From positions 4,650,001 to 4,714,000 of the forward strand of contig CM035360.1 of assembly GCA_020137815.1 (NCBI GenBank): DNA of 64,000 bases, given 5' to 3'. Source of the stretch: Hormiphora californensis. Taxonomy: Eukaryota > Animalia > Ctenophora. A program made the translations under genes and the position numbers. The notes beneath the pieces were generated by a model. It made no database searches, was not told where the DNA came from, and saw nothing but the letters and a program-made list of their open reading frames with translations. This document shows positions 62,579-64,000 of this stretch, piece by piece (positions within the stretch are counted from its first letter, which is position 1; the number at the start of each line of letters is the position of its first letter).

Positions 62579-64000
62579 TGAAATTAGTTTGTTAATCGCC
62601 TAATTACTAATTGTTTATTTGGTGTCAGACATCGGCAGAAATGCAGACAATTTAGAGAGTTTGTATTTTTACAAAATAATTTCAATTTTGCTAAAACAGT
62701 TATAAAAGCTTCATTACTTTTTGGATTCAGCTTTATCTGCACAACTGTTTTGCTCTCTTTTTAAGTGCCCCCAGAGTCCAGTCCTCTCTCTACACTTAGC
62801 ACTTTCTTTCTCTCTCTGCACTGATTTCTCCAAGAGAGTCTCCCAGACAGTTTTTAAATATGTTGCTTGTTTACTTGCAGGATACCTTTTAACCCAAACC
62901 ACCCAGCGAATTTGGGTCAATTCCCCATTTCCCAACACCATGCATCGTGGGACAAATTTATGACGCCTGCTGGGCCCCACTTAAAACACCACTCCGCCTC
63001 TAATAATTAGAATCGTCGTGGGACCTCCCGCGTATACATTTGTCAAACGCCCCAAACCGCGACCGATCACTTAGCTGCCATTTGATTGGATGATAAAGGG
63101 CACGAATAAACCATTAATTTCACTGATATCAGGAAGACAGGGATTAATCTCTGGGAGTCTTCCTCAAAGTCAAAGTGTTAAGTGAGGTCCCAAAGCAGTC
63201 AAGATTAAAACTTTATTATGACGTAACGCGCGATGATTCATAACGATTAAAAAGGTACAGAGGGAAGTTTGGTTTGGCGCGCGCAGTGCAACACATGGCT
63301 TGCACTTGAGCATTTAAATGCATTTGCTGCATTGGTGCATGATCATTCCAAACTTTTAATTCCAGTTCCAGCTCCATGAGAGACATCAACATGTCACATG
63401 ACATCGAGTCAGACGGCGTCATCCACGTCGACATCTGACCGACCCACACCTTGGTAGCAAAGAGAAACATCAGGAATTTCGTTACAAAATGAAAATACTA
63501 AATACAAAATCAATAAACATTCAACTCAAGCTTTCTGCTTTCTTAACTCAAAATAAAATATTCGCAAGAGTGGAGTACTGCGATAGATTGCAATGGTGAT
63601 GATGTCATCACTGTCAGGCCAAAGCTCTGACTCGACAGCATCATCATATCTCAAAGATCTTTGATTTGAATGACTCGCTGTCAGAAATACAATGCACATC
63701 CAGTATTCAATCTTCATTTCACTTCAGAGTTCAAAAAACTAAAAATAGTGTGCTCAATCAATCGTAATCATATCTCTTTTTGCACAAAAAACTTCGTTAA
63801 AAAACCGTTATTTTACACTAAATTGGATTTAAACTGAACAAACATCAACAGAATAAGATAATTGGCTCTAATTATTTTTACATACATCAACATGCGAGTG
63901 TCTATCAGTCTCAATTGTCTTACTCAATAACCAGACAAAATGCTGCATCGTTATAATAATACAACCCCAATTATATATCCAAAATCAGCGTCCCCATTTC

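Noticed and set aside
62714-63717. Minus-strand ORFs of 88, 84 and 63 aa near the window end
   Set aside because: No domain similarity and no consistent splice chain. The 63-aa ORF includes a copy of the GTCAGAGC..CTGACAG repeat.

Overview
Eukaryotic (metazoan) genomic DNA with short GT-AG introns, dense MITEs and (CT)n microsatellites. It is probably a ctenophore; this is an inference from a lineage-typical repeated extracellular domain, compact introns and nested genes. The supplied ORF track is mostly uninformative, so genes were rebuilt by hand-splicing exons. Six conventional genes were found: TM9SF4-like (5'-partial, +), MGRN1/RNF157-like RING E3 ligase (+), class A GPCR (+), stomatin/MEC-2-like (-), a secreted Ig-follistatin/Kazal-Ig-VWD-C8 protein (+) and an NKL/Bsx-Bar-like homeobox gene (+). 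Three hosts each carry an antisense spliced gene inside an intron: (1) an intact 188-aa Merlin/IS1595-transposase derivative that lacks the central catalytic segment, in TM9SF4; (2) a ctenophore-type domain + Sushi protein, in MGRN1; (3) a 141-aa secreted Cys-rich precursor, in stomatin. Mobile DNA includes an Academ-like MITE inserted into the TIR of its own twin, a 2.8-kb GG-ended element with 8-bp TSD and an internal satellite, Helentron-like and Helitron elements, a 5'-truncated RNase H LINE, and several small MITE families. Family assignments come from remembered motifs, not database searches.
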